Shown here one piece after another: positions 1 through 8,931 of a stretch of DNA of 50,143 bases. The notes below the pieces were generated by a model, which was given only the letters and a program-made list of their open reading frames with translations, did no database searches and was not told the DNA's origin. The DNA lies in the NCBI GenBank assembly GCA_039586365.1, contig JBDHKN010000022.1, positions 1-50,143 of the forward strand, given 5' to 3'. Position 1 is the stretch's first letter. Each line of letters starts with the position of its first letter. The stretch is from Gemmatimonadota bacterium (GTDB lineage: Bacteria > Gemmatimonadota > Gemmatimonadetes > Gemmatimonadales > GWC2-71-9). The translations under genes were made by a program, and so were the position numbers.

Positions 1-178
1 CTTTCGCGTTACCGTCGGTCAGCATTATGAAGGGTAGTCCGTGCGCTATGAGTGCGACTCCGACTGCGAGGGCGATCCGCTCCAGCCAAGGCAGCACGTC
101 CGCCACAGCCCAAACAACCAGGACGACTCCAATTGTGACCGCCACCAGGCGATGCAGTTCGCGGTGACTCTGCTTCAT
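1..178 (-). CDS. Small hydrophobic membrane protein, runs off the window edge (partial)
   Basis: Not in the ORF track. Minus strand has AAGGAGA (190-184) before ATG at 178. Reads MKQSHRELHRLVAVTIGVVLVVWAVADVLPWLERIALAVGVALIAHGLPFIML..., with two hydrophobic stretches and no stop before base 1. Confidence 0.55.
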   Translation of the reverse strand, partial: MKQSHRELHRLVAVTIGVVLVVWAVADVLPWLERIALAVGVALIAHGLPFIMLTDGNAK

Positions 179-341
179 CGGTTTCTCCTTGCGAGCGGCT
201 TCGGACCGGAAGGCAGGCTCCCAGTTACCGACCACACTAAGCTACCGTTGGCTGCCGGGGCGGGCCAGATCGGTACCGGAGCAAACCCTCTTGCGAAGTC
301 TCCCCGTGTGGCAGAGGTTGAGGTCGCCGACACAGCAGCGC

Positions 342-638
342 ATGAAGATGCATCCTTTCACCGGACAACTGTGGATAGGCCTGGCCGTCGGTAGCCTGCT
401 GGGCTTCGTGGCAGCACGGATTCGGTTGTCCAGTTCGCCACTCGAGGGACGGCGCTGGGTGGTGGTCTTGGGTACCGTGGCTGGATTGGTAGTGAGCGGC
501 GTTGTCTTCTTGGGGCTAGCCCTGGCAACCGCTCTACTCGATTACTCTACAGACGGTACGGATTCCTGGGAGCTGCTCGGCCCCACACTGCTCATCCTGC
601 TGTTCCTCTTTGTCGGTTTCGCATTCCGCACCAAGTAG
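342..638 (+). CDS. Small hypothetical membrane protein (about 98 aa, 3 predicted TM helices)
   Basis: Inside ORF 189..638. ATG at 342, with GAGG upstream. Three hydrophobic segments (WIGLAVGSLLGFVAA, WVVVLGTVAGLVVSGVVFLGLALATALL, LLGPTLLILLFLFVGFAF). Confidence 0.55.
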   Translation: MKMHPFTGQLWIGLAVGSLLGFVAARIRLSSSPLEGRRWVVVLGTVAGLVVSGVVFLGLALATALLDYSTDGTDSWELLGPTLLILLFLFVGFAFRTK

Positions 639-739
639 CTGTTTCCCAGATACTCAGAGAGCAACACCCAGGGCGAACCTCCTGGCTGTGACTATTGCCG
701 CCACGACGCGGTGGTGGGACTGAGGACACGGGGTCGTGG

Positions 740-769
740 TCGACTGGTGGGAGTGCAGAGGGCTATAAT
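740..769 (+). promoter_or_regulatory. Candidate sigma70-type promoter for the C69 peptidase
   Basis: TCGACT (740-745), 18-bp spacer, perfect TATAAT (764-769), about 90 bp upstream of ATG 859. TATAAT is rare in this GC-rich DNA. Confidence 0.4.
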
Positions 770-858
770 GTCGGTACCGCCGCGACTTCTCCGGTGGTGC
801 GACACAGCACGTTCCGCCGCGGCGGTCGGCGCCTTTCACTCGAAAGGAGAGACTCGCC

Positions 859-2457
859 ATGCTCAACTCCCCGCGCATCCGTCGCTATCTGACCGGCATC
901 GGCCGGTCGACACTACTCCTCGCACTCTTGGGCCTCGGGTGGCAACCCACCGAACGAGGGCCACTATCTGAAACCGTCCATCCAGACGGGTGCACTAGTC
1001 TCCTGGTGGGCCCGCTCGCATCGAGCGATGGCTCGACCATGACGAGCCACTCGTGCGATTCCGGAACAGACCGCACCTGGATCAGCATTGAACCGCGGCG
1101 CAGCCACCCTCAAGGCTCGATGGCTACCGTCTGGCTGGAGCCCAAGCGGACAACCGGCCCTCACGACCCCGATCGGATCCCCCGGGGCGAGATCCCCCAG
1201 GTTGCCGAGACCTGGAAGTTCATGGACGCCGCGTACCCCATCATGAACGAACATCAGCTGGCCATCGGGGAGACGACTACGGGAGGCAAGCGGGAACTCA
1301 AGAGCAACGAGGGACTGATTGACGCCCCCGAACTGTACCGGCTCATTCTGGAGCGGGCCACAACCGCGCGTGAGGCCATCCGCCTGGCAGACGAGCTGAC
1401 CAAGGAATACGGGTACATCGACTGGGGCGAGTGCTTCACCTTCGCCGACCCCGAAGAGGTATGGTTTTTCGAGATCCTGGGACCCGGCCGGGGAAACGTG
1501 GGCGCGGTGTGGGCGGCGGTGCGCCTCCCAGACGATCACATCGCGGTGAGTGCCAACTCCCACCGCATCCGTCAGATCGACCTGAGCGATCCCGACCACT
1601 ACATGGCATCGGACAACGTGTTCTCGCTGGCCCAGGAGATGGGGTGGTGGGATCCCGCCAGCGGCAAGCCCTTCGAGTTCTGCTACGCCTATGCCGACCG
1701 CACCAGCCTGTACTCGAGGCGACGAGAGTGGCGAGCGCTCAGCCTGCTGGCGCCCTCGCTGGAATTGGATGCCAACGCCGAGAACTTTCCCCTCTCGGTG
1801 AAGCCGGAGAACAAGGTCTCCGTCCAGGACCTGCTTACGATCTTCCGGGATGCATACGAGGACACCCCGTACGATATGACGCGGCGATTGACGGTGGTGA
1901 ACCGTGAGGGCGCGGCGGTGAAGAGCCCGGTTGCCAACCCCTTCATGAACTCCGATCTGAGAGAACTCCTGGGGGTCGAACGGGAGCGGACCATCGCCTC
2001 CCCGACGGCCACCTATGTGCAGATCACCCAGTCACGGAGTTGGCTGCCCGACCCGATCGGTGGGGTGGTCTGGCTGGGATATGACAACCCGGCCACAACT
2101 CCCCACATCCCGTTTTACATCGGGATCACCCAGATGCCAGAGTCCTACATGGTGGGCGGCCGCAGAGCCTACCGACGCGACTCCGCCTGGTGGGCGTTCC
2201 GCCGGGCCAGCAAGCTCTCCTACTTCCGCTACCAAGACATGAAGGAGGTGGTGCAGGAAGTCTGGGAGCCCATCGAGCGGGAGGCATTCGCGCGTCAGGA
2301 TTCACTGGAGCAAGAAGCGTTGCGGCTCTACCGGGAAGATCCTGAGTTGGCCGAGGCGTTTCTCACGGAGTACAGTCACGACCTAGCCAACCGGACCGTG
2401 GAGCGCTACTGGCAGCTGGGAGACGATCTCTGGACCCGCTTCAACCGGGCATTCTGA
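859..2457 (+). CDS. C69 family (Ntn-hydrolase) dipeptidase, exported
   Basis: RBS AAAGGAGA. Signal-like N-terminus followed by CTSLLVG (N-terminal Cys nucleophile). MNEHQLAIGETT, LERATTAREAI, ADPEEVW and YSRRREWR segments are typical of peptidase C69. Confidence 0.9.
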   Translation: MLNSPRIRRYLTGIGRSTLLLALLGLGWQPTERGPLSETVHPDGCTSLLVGPLASSDGSTMTSHSCDSGTDRTWISIEPRRSHPQGSMATVWLEPKRTTGPHDPDRIPRGEIPQVAETWKFMDAAYPIMNEHQLAIGETTTGGKRELKSNEGLIDAPELYRLILERATTAREAIRLADELTKEYGYIDWGECFTFADPEEVWFFEILGPGRGNVGAVWAAVRLPDDHIAVSANSHRIRQIDLSDPDHYMASDNVFSLAQEMGWWDPASGKPFEFCYAYADRTSLYSRRREWRALSLLAPSLELDANAENFPLSVKPENKVSVQDLLTIFRDAYEDTPYDMTRRLTVVNREGAAVKSPVANPFMNSDLRELLGVERERTIASPTATYVQITQSRSWLPDPIGGVVWLGYDNPATTPHIPFYIGITQMPESYMVGGRRAYRRDSAWWAFRRASKLSYFRYQDMKEVVQEVWEPIEREAFARQDSLEQEALRLYREDPELAEAFLTEYSHDLANRTVERYWQLGDDLWTRFNRAF

Positions 2458-2554
2458 GGCGGAGTATCCGCTAGGGAATCAAGAGCAGGAAGTCGGCACC
2501 GGGCGGCAGCGTAGGCTTTTGTGCAACAGGTCGGGCAAACCAGACGGCCAGGCC

Positions 2555-5500
2555 CTACCGCCTCGGCTCAGCCGACAGCCGGGCGACGGTCTGTCTCACC
2601 TCTTCGACCCACGGCTGCATCTCCGGATCGGCATGTTCCCACAGCTCAACGAACCGGCCGTAGTAGTCGATCGCCTGCTCCCAGTCGCCGCGCTGTTCGT
2701 ACAACTCGCCGACCCGCACGTAGGCGTGGGCCAGGTGTCCCGCATCGTTGCCGTAAGACGCCGAGGGCGTCTCGACGAACCGCTGGTAGAGAGCCAGGGC
2801 GGAATCCGCCACACCCAGTTGATCGTACACCCGCGCCAGCCACGGGTAGGCACACGTGGCGCACGAGTTCCCGTCGTCCCACATCCGAAACTCTGCGATC
2901 GCCTCATCGAGCCTGCCCTCCGCCAGCGCGGCGACTCCCAGCGCACCGTGACGCGCACGCTCGGTATCGTAAGTGTGGTCGGCCTCGGGGATAGCGTCGA
3001 ATTCGGCAATCAACTCGCGACCACGTTCCGGAGCGCCGGCGGCGGCATAGGCGCGCGCAAGGTCGGTGTAGGGACGGTCCAGCAGCGCGAGTGACTCGAG
3101 CGGGTAGCGCTCCAGCGCAGCGTCCAACACGCGGTGGGCCCGGGCCGGATCGTCGAGCAGCAGTCGCTCCAGGATAGCGCGGATGGAAACGCGGTCCAGA
3201 TAGCGGCCCGCCAGATCGCGCTGTGCGGTGAGCGACAGCCCCCTGTCCCAATCACGTTGCGCTCGATCCATTTGCCCCCGCATAGCCGAGAGGTTCCCCA
3301 GCCACATGTAGGCTGTCGCCTCCCAGAACACCCGACCGCGCTGTTCGTCCATCAGCGCGTAGCCGAGCCGCTCGGCGGCGGCGTAGTCCTTGCGATAGGC
3401 CGCGCATACGATGCGGGTTATCGCAACCGCTGGATTACCGGGAAAGCGCCGCTCGAAGCGATCGACAACCCAGGCAGCCGAATCCGACAGACCCATCCTC
3501 TCCAAGGTCCTGGCCACATTATCGAAGTACAAACTGGTCGTGGAGTCCAACTCCAGCGCTTGGGCGTAGAGTCCCACCGCTCGCTCGTACTCGCGGAGGC
3601 CACCATAGACCACACCGAGGTTGTTCAGGGCAATGGTCTCGTCGGGATACAGATCGAGAAGGGTGCTGTACGCACTCATGATCTGGTCGCGGTTACGCGT
3701 GACCACCGAATGATAGGCTGCGGTCACGAGATAGCGCTCTCGCTCGGTGAGGGCGTCGCGGTACTGATAGGCCTTGGTGGCCGCTTCTACCGCCCGAGAT
3801 CGCCGCTCGGATCGATTGTTTAGGATGATGGCCAACTTGCGGTAGGCCATGGCGAATGTCGTATCTATCGCTATAGCCTCTTCCAGCAGCTGAACGGCCC
3901 TGGGGTCATCACCCTGGTTAGTCGCGTTGAGACCCTGCGAGAACACTCGCAGTGCGCGCATCGATCCGGTCGTGACTCGCCGCAGCGGCTCGCTGCGGCG
4001 GATGCTGCGCAACGACTCGCCCACGCGTTCTCTGAGATTCACTGAGAGACGATCGACGGCGCCTACCAACTCGTCTTCTCCGCGGGCAGTTTCCTGCAGC
4101 GTGGTGAGCAGATCGCCGTCCGCCGAGACCAGGCGTGCGGAGATCGAGTAAGCGCTGCCCACCGACACGATCTCCCCGGTGACCACCGCATTGATGCCCT
4201 CTCGCTGCGCTGCCTCCATGGCCACGGCCGCATCCAGCCCGTCCGCCGGATCTCGCTGCATGAGGAGGAGAATGCGGCCAACCTGAGCGGGATCGACGAG
4301 CGATACCGCCCGCGACTGTGACAAACCGATTCGCATGAGTTCGGTAACCGTAGGGCCATGCGCCGAGTCGGCGGTGCGGTTCTCGAAATCGGCCAGGATG
4401 ATGCGCTCCCGCTCGGCGATTGCTCCGCTCGTTATCAGCGACGCTGCCGGACCGAGCCCGAGTACTCGCATCCCCACGTATCCCACCGTCACCAGCGCCA
4501 GACAGCCGAACCCGATTAGCCCCGCGAGCCAAGCCCCACGCCAGGTCAGGCGGTCCAGCGTACCAGCAGCGCCCGTCACTCCAGCCGCGCGGCGGCGCTC
4601 CGCGAGGCTCGTGGCCACGACGACCGGGAGCCCGGCCACGAGGAGTCCTACCGCTGCAACGAACACCCAGATCGGGAGACCGAGCTGAATGACCAGCAGG
4701 TAGATCACAGCCAGCAGCACCAGCGCTCCCAGTGCGAATGCCCCTGCTGCGAGGAGCGGGCTGGTCCGCACGGGAGACGGGCCGAACGTCGGTGCTAGTC
4801 CCGGAGCGCCTGTCACAGCGAGTTCCCGCAGTGCCTCCGCGAACTGCGCAGCCGGGCTGAACCGATCGGCTGGCGTCTTGGCGAGGACGCGCGCTAAGGC
4901 GGCAGCGACCTGCGGTGGCACCGCAGGCCGGAGCGTTGTCACCGGCGGGGGCTCCGCCGTGAGGTGTTGGTGCACGACACTCTCGACGGTGGCGCCGGTG
5001 AACGGTGGCTCTCCGGCGAGCATCTCATAGAGCACACAACCGAGACTGTAGAGATCGCTTCGGCCATCCAAGTCCCGGCTTCCCGCCGCCTGTTCCGGGC
5101 TCATGTAGGTTGGCGTCCCAATGGCAAGCCCCGTCTCAGTCAGCCGCCCGCCACCCGCCTCGGTGATCGCACGCGCAATGCCGAAATCGGCCACCCGCGC
5201 GTGATCACCAGCCAACAGGATGTTCTCCGGCTTGATGTCACGGTGCACGACATCGCGTTTGTGGGCGTAGGACAGCGCATCAGCCACCTCACGCGCGATC
5301 TGTAGCGCGTCATCCATGGGCAGCTGCTTGTCCCGGACAAGCCGGTCACGCAGGGATTCCCCCTCCACGAATGGCATCACGTAGTAGAGGAAACCGTCGG
5401 CGTCGCCTGAGTCATACAGGGGAAGGATATGGGGATGGTCCAACCGAGCCGCTATCTCGATTTCGCGCAGGAACCGCTCGGGACCGAGCGCAGCGGCCAA

Positions 5501-5650
5501 GTCCGGACGCAGCACTTTGATGGCTACCTGACGGCGGTGTTTCAAATCCTGGGCGAGGTATACGGTTGCCATCCCACCGCTGCCGAGTTCTCGCTCGACG
5601 GCGTAGCGCTGGGCAAGGGCGGTCTTGATGCGGCCCAGTTGGTCGGTCAT
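2555..5650 (-). CDS. Membrane Ser/Thr protein kinase with about 3 TM helices, TolB-N-like domain and TPR repeats
   Basis: GSGGMATVY, VAIK, HRDIKPEN, DFG and GTPTYMSPE Hanks kinase motifs. Hydrophobic block at about aa 295-400. C-terminal TPR-like repeats (ALNNLGVVYGGLREYERA, AYVRVGELYEQRGDWEQAIDYY). Confidence 0.92.
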   Translation of the reverse strand: MTDQLGRIKTALAQRYAVERELGSGGMATVYLAQDLKHRRQVAIKVLRPDLAAALGPERFLREIEIAARLDHPHILPLYDSGDADGFLYYVMPFVEGESLRDRLVRDKQLPMDDALQIAREVADALSYAHKRDVVHRDIKPENILLAGDHARVADFGIARAITEAGGGRLTETGLAIGTPTYMSPEQAAGSRDLDGRSDLYSLGCVLYEMLAGEPPFTGATVESVVHQHLTAEPPPVTTLRPAVPPQVAAALARVLAKTPADRFSPAAQFAEALRELAVTGAPGLAPTFGPSPVRTSPLLAAGAFALGALVLLAVIYLLVIQLGLPIWVFVAAVGLLVAGLPVVVATSLAERRRAAGVTGAAGTLDRLTWRGAWLAGLIGFGCLALVTVGYVGMRVLGLGPAASLITSGAIAERERIILADFENRTADSAHGPTVTELMRIGLSQSRAVSLVDPAQVGRILLLMQRDPADGLDAAVAMEAAQREGINAVVTGEIVSVGSAYSISARLVSADGDLLTTLQETARGEDELVGAVDRLSVNLRERVGESLRSIRRSEPLRRVTTGSMRALRVFSQGLNATNQGDDPRAVQLLEEAIAIDTTFAMAYRKLAIILNNRSERRSRAVEAATKAYQYRDALTERERYLVTAAYHSVVTRNRDQIMSAYSTLLDLYPDETIALNNLGVVYGGLREYERAVGLYAQALELDSTTSLYFDNVARTLERMGLSDSAAWVVDRFERRFPGNPAVAITRIVCAAYRKDYAAAERLGYALMDEQRGRVFWEATAYMWLGNLSAMRGQMDRAQRDWDRGLSLTAQRDLAGRYLDRVSIRAILERLLLDDPARAHRVLDAALERYPLESLALLDRPYTDLARAYAAAGAPERGRELIAEFDAIPEADHTYDTERARHGALGVAALAEGRLDEAIAEFRMWDDGNSCATCAYPWLARVYDQLGVADSALALYQRFVETPSASYGNDAGHLAHAYVRVGELYEQRGDWEQAIDYYGRFVELWEHADPEMQPWVEEVRQTVARLSAEPRR

Positions 5651-5725
5651 GGCGAGTGTCCCGCACTGAAGACACGCCTAAGGTATGAGTTGGGATAGGG
5701 TTAAGCTAGGTGACGGCCGAGTCCT

Positions 5726-8353
5726 TTACTCCGCTCGCAACACCCTGAGCGGATCCACCCGTGTGGCGCGCCGGGCGGGTACGTAGCTCCCGAGCACGGC
5801 GATCAGTGCAGTTGCCAGTCCGGTAACCAAGAGATTCAGCGGATCGGTTGCGGCGACCTCGTGAAGCAGTGGCGTCAGAATGCGCCCCAAGCCGAGTGAC
5901 GCAGCTAGACCCACCCCTATCCCCAAGACCGCCAGCCGACAGCCGTCCCAGACCACCTGCCACAACACATCGCCCCGTGGGGCACCCAACGCCACCCGAA
6001 CTCCGATCTCGTTCGATCGCATGGCCACGTTGTAAGACAAGAGACCGTAGATGCCCACGGCCGCAACCGCAGCAGCGACGATTGCGAATACGACCAACAG
6101 CACCATATAGAACCGCTCCGAGGCAACAGACCTTCCGATCAGTTGACGCATCGTAGCAGCGTCGTATACCGGGATATCGGGGTCCAGCTCGTGGATCACT
6201 TCACGGATGACCGGGATGAACTGCTCGGCTCCGCGGGGAACTCGGGCCACCACGTTCACGAATTGGAACGGCTGTTGGTCGTACGGAATGTAGATCTCGG
6301 GGCTAGCTTCCGAACCGAATCCCCAAAAACGTGCATCTCCAGCGATGCCGACTATCTCGAACCTTCTGGGTCCCCACCCCTCCAGCTCTATCCACTGACC
6401 GAGGGGATCTTCACCTGACCAGTACTGCCGCTGGGCAACCTCGTTGATGATGGCGGCGCCCGGCGAACCCGGACCGTCGTTGTCCGTGAAGCCTCTGCCT
6501 CGGAGCAGCGGGATGCCGACGGTCTGCAGATACGATTGGCTGGCGGGGTTGATCCTCGCATCAGGCTCCTCATTGGGCTGTGGCGGCGGCTGTCCCGCGA
6601 TGGTGAAAGACGAATTGAGCTCCCAAGGGACAAAGGGAACGCATGCGGCCGCCCCAACGGCTGTCGCCTCCGGCCTCTGACCCAACCGCTCGAGCAGGTC
6701 GTTAACGAACTGAGCCCGGTCAGCATCGTCGCTGTAGCGACCAGCCAGGCTGATGGGAGCGACAACCACGCCGGTTGCATCGAAGCCGATCTGCTCGGAG
6801 ATCAGTTTTCCAAAACTCCGAGTGAGCAATCCTGCACCGCCCAGTAACACAAGTGCGATCGCCAGCTGTGCCACGACCAGCGCTTTCCTCGCCCGCACGC
6901 CCGCACGACCTGCACTGGCACCGCGGCCACCCTCCCGCAACGCATCGACTCCGTGCCGCCGTGAGACTTGGAGCGCAGGCACGATTCCAAACGCCAAGCC
7001 AGTGACGACGGTGACTGACAGCATGAACACCAGCACCCGTGGATCAATGCCGACCTGGTCGAGCCGTGGAATCCCCGGAGGGCTCATTGCGATGAGCAGC
7101 CTCACTCCCCAATGGGCCAACAGCAATCCAGCAGCTCCTCCCAAAGCCGCAAGTAGCATGCTTTCGGTCATCACCTGGCGTATCAACCGGCGTCGGCCAG
7201 CACCCAGAGCACTGCGGACGGCGAACTCACGTTCCCGCACCGACGCGCGCGCTAGCATCACATTCGCCACGTTGGTGCAGGCGATGAGGAGCACGAACCC
7301 CACCGCACCAAGCAAGACATAAAGGGCACGGTCCACCTGGCGGACCACATAGTGCTTGAGAGTGACCACGTTGGCGCCCGTGTTGGCGTTGTGCTCCGGA
7401 TACTGCTGCTCCAGCCGCGCCATGATCGCGTCCATTTCGACCTGGGCCTGCTCGACAGTCGTAGAGGCCTCGAGGCGGGCGATCACTCTGAGGTAGTGAG
7501 AGCTGCGGTCGTCCCCATAGGTGTCCATCGTTACAGGTCGCCACAGCTCCGCGGTGGGATAGGTCGGCACGGCGAATCCGGCCGGCATGATACCAACCAC
7601 AGTTCGGCTGACTCCGCTTATCTCCACTGTGGCACCCACTACACTGGGATCGCTGCCAAACCGCCGCTGCCACAGCGCGTGACTCAAGACTACGACCGGT
7701 TCCGCACCCTCGGTTCCATCTTCCGGCAGAAACGAGCGACCACGTGAAGGAGATACACCGAGAACCCCTTGGAGAGTCCCCGGTGTTATTGCCGCACCGA
7801 GCACCCGCTCGGCTCCAGCGCCCCCGGTAATGGTCGCGCTCCACCAATAACCGGCGGACATGGCGCTGAAGCCGTCATTCTGTTCCCTCCAATCGGCGAA
7901 GTTGGGCGGTGACACCTGGCCCATGTGATTGGAGTGGCTGCGGTTGTTCTCCCAGACCGTCACGAGCTGGTCGGGGTCCCCGTAGGGAAGAGGCTGCAGC
8001 AATACCCCACTCACGACGCTGAAGATGGCCGTGTTAGCCCCCACACCGAGTGCCAGGGTGAGGATCACCACGGCGGTGAAACCCAAGTTGCGGCGCAGTG
8101 TCCGAGCTGCATAACGGAAGTCGTGCAAGAGCATGCCCCCGTTCCGCGAGCGCATTCGCAACCAGAAGGCATCTTCGAGTGCGCCGAGACAACGCGCGTA
8201 CTGCATGATCGGCAAGCGAGATTGCCGAGCGCCCTTCCCCCAGTTTGATCGGAACTCGGCCTGCCATTCTGCGAGCCATTCCTCACGGCGGTCTGCGGGA
8301 ACCAGCAAGCTGACCAGTCTGAGAATGCGACCGGGAATCATATCACCGCCCAT
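5726..8353 (-). CDS. ABC transporter permease, duplicated MacB_PCD/FtsX (ADOP-type orphan permease) with N-terminal prefix domain
   Basis: DFRYAARTLRRNLGFTAVVILTLALGVGANTAIFSVV, LLIACTNVAN, REFAVRSALGA, EIGVRVALGA, PARRATRVDP. No ATPase domain. Start is 8353 or 8341 (next to the padR stop). Confidence 0.92.
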   Translation of the reverse strand: MGGDMIPGRILRLVSLLVPADRREEWLAEWQAEFRSNWGKGARQSRLPIMQYARCLGALEDAFWLRMRSRNGGMLLHDFRYAARTLRRNLGFTAVVILTLALGVGANTAIFSVVSGVLLQPLPYGDPDQLVTVWENNRSHSNHMGQVSPPNFADWREQNDGFSAMSAGYWWSATITGGAGAERVLGAAITPGTLQGVLGVSPSRGRSFLPEDGTEGAEPVVVLSHALWQRRFGSDPSVVGATVEISGVSRTVVGIMPAGFAVPTYPTAELWRPVTMDTYGDDRSSHYLRVIARLEASTTVEQAQVEMDAIMARLEQQYPEHNANTGANVVTLKHYVVRQVDRALYVLLGAVGFVLLIACTNVANVMLARASVREREFAVRSALGAGRRRLIRQVMTESMLLAALGGAAGLLLAHWGVRLLIAMSPPGIPRLDQVGIDPRVLVFMLSVTVVTGLAFGIVPALQVSRRHGVDALREGGRGASAGRAGVRARKALVVAQLAIALVLLGGAGLLTRSFGKLISEQIGFDATGVVVAPISLAGRYSDDADRAQFVNDLLERLGQRPEATAVGAAACVPFVPWELNSSFTIAGQPPPQPNEEPDARINPASQSYLQTVGIPLLRGRGFTDNDGPGSPGAAIINEVAQRQYWSGEDPLGQWIELEGWGPRRFEIVGIAGDARFWGFGSEASPEIYIPYDQQPFQFVNVVARVPRGAEQFIPVIREVIHELDPDIPVYDAATMRQLIGRSVASERFYMVLLVVFAIVAAAVAAVGIYGLLSYNVAMRSNEIGVRVALGAPRGDVLWQVVWDGCRLAVLGIGVGLAASLGLGRILTPLLHEVAATDPLNLLVTGLATALIAVLGSYVPARRATRVDPLRVLRAE

Positions 8354-8654
8354 TCTCAGCCAGTGGTTGGGCTGCTGGCAGAGAGGGATAGCGCTCTCGT
8401 GCCACCTGCAAGTGCGACTCGGCGGCCCGAGCTAGTCGGTAGTACTTGCGGGGCGGGCGGCTACTCGAGCGAGCGACCGCCACGGCCTCCCAGCGGGACC
8501 TCACCAAGCCCAGCTGCTCGAGCCTGCGGAGCACAGGATAGACCGTGCCGCTCCTGAGTCCGGTGGCATCGATGATATCGAAGCCGTGGATATAACCTGC
8601 ATCCAGGGCCTGCAGGACCATTGCTGTCGCATACGTCATTCGTAGCTGCGCCAT
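8343..8654 (-). CDS. PadR family transcriptional regulator
   Basis: HGFDII, SGTVYPVLRRLE, GLVRSRWE and RPPRKYYRL winged-helix motifs. Coupled to the downstream permease. Confidence 0.92.
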   Translation of the reverse strand: MAQLRMTYATAMVLQALDAGYIHGFDIIDATGLRSGTVYPVLRRLEQLGLVRSRWEAVAVARSSSRPPRKYYRLARAAESHLQVARERYPSLPAAQPLAENGR

Positions 8655-8680
8655 GAGATCTCCGGTGCTTGTATCTATGT

Positions 8681-8716
8681 CTATGTAAGTCTATCTCTAC
8701 ATAGCAATAAACGCAA
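8681..8716 (-). promoter_or_regulatory. Candidate padR promoter with overlapping palindromic operator
   Basis: Minus strand: TTGCGT (8716-8711), 17 bp, TAGACT (8693-8688). Inverted repeat CTATGTA-N10-TACATAG at 8681-8704 covers the -10 box. AT-rich patch. Confidence 0.55.
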
Positions 8717-8931
8717 GCTATGCGGACAGTCGCAAACTGTGCGTCAGCTGCGCGACACCCGTGCTCGACCCGGTCGCGCCGAGCGGTACGAGCTCGCTTG
8801 ACTGCCGCGGTTCGCGGCCGCCTATTTGGTGCTGCGCCACCGCTTGGCGGCAGCTTGCAGTGGGACGAGTGCGGCGGGCCCGGCTGGCGCCCCAAGGACG
8901 GTATCCATCTGAGAATCGGAGAGTGGATCGA

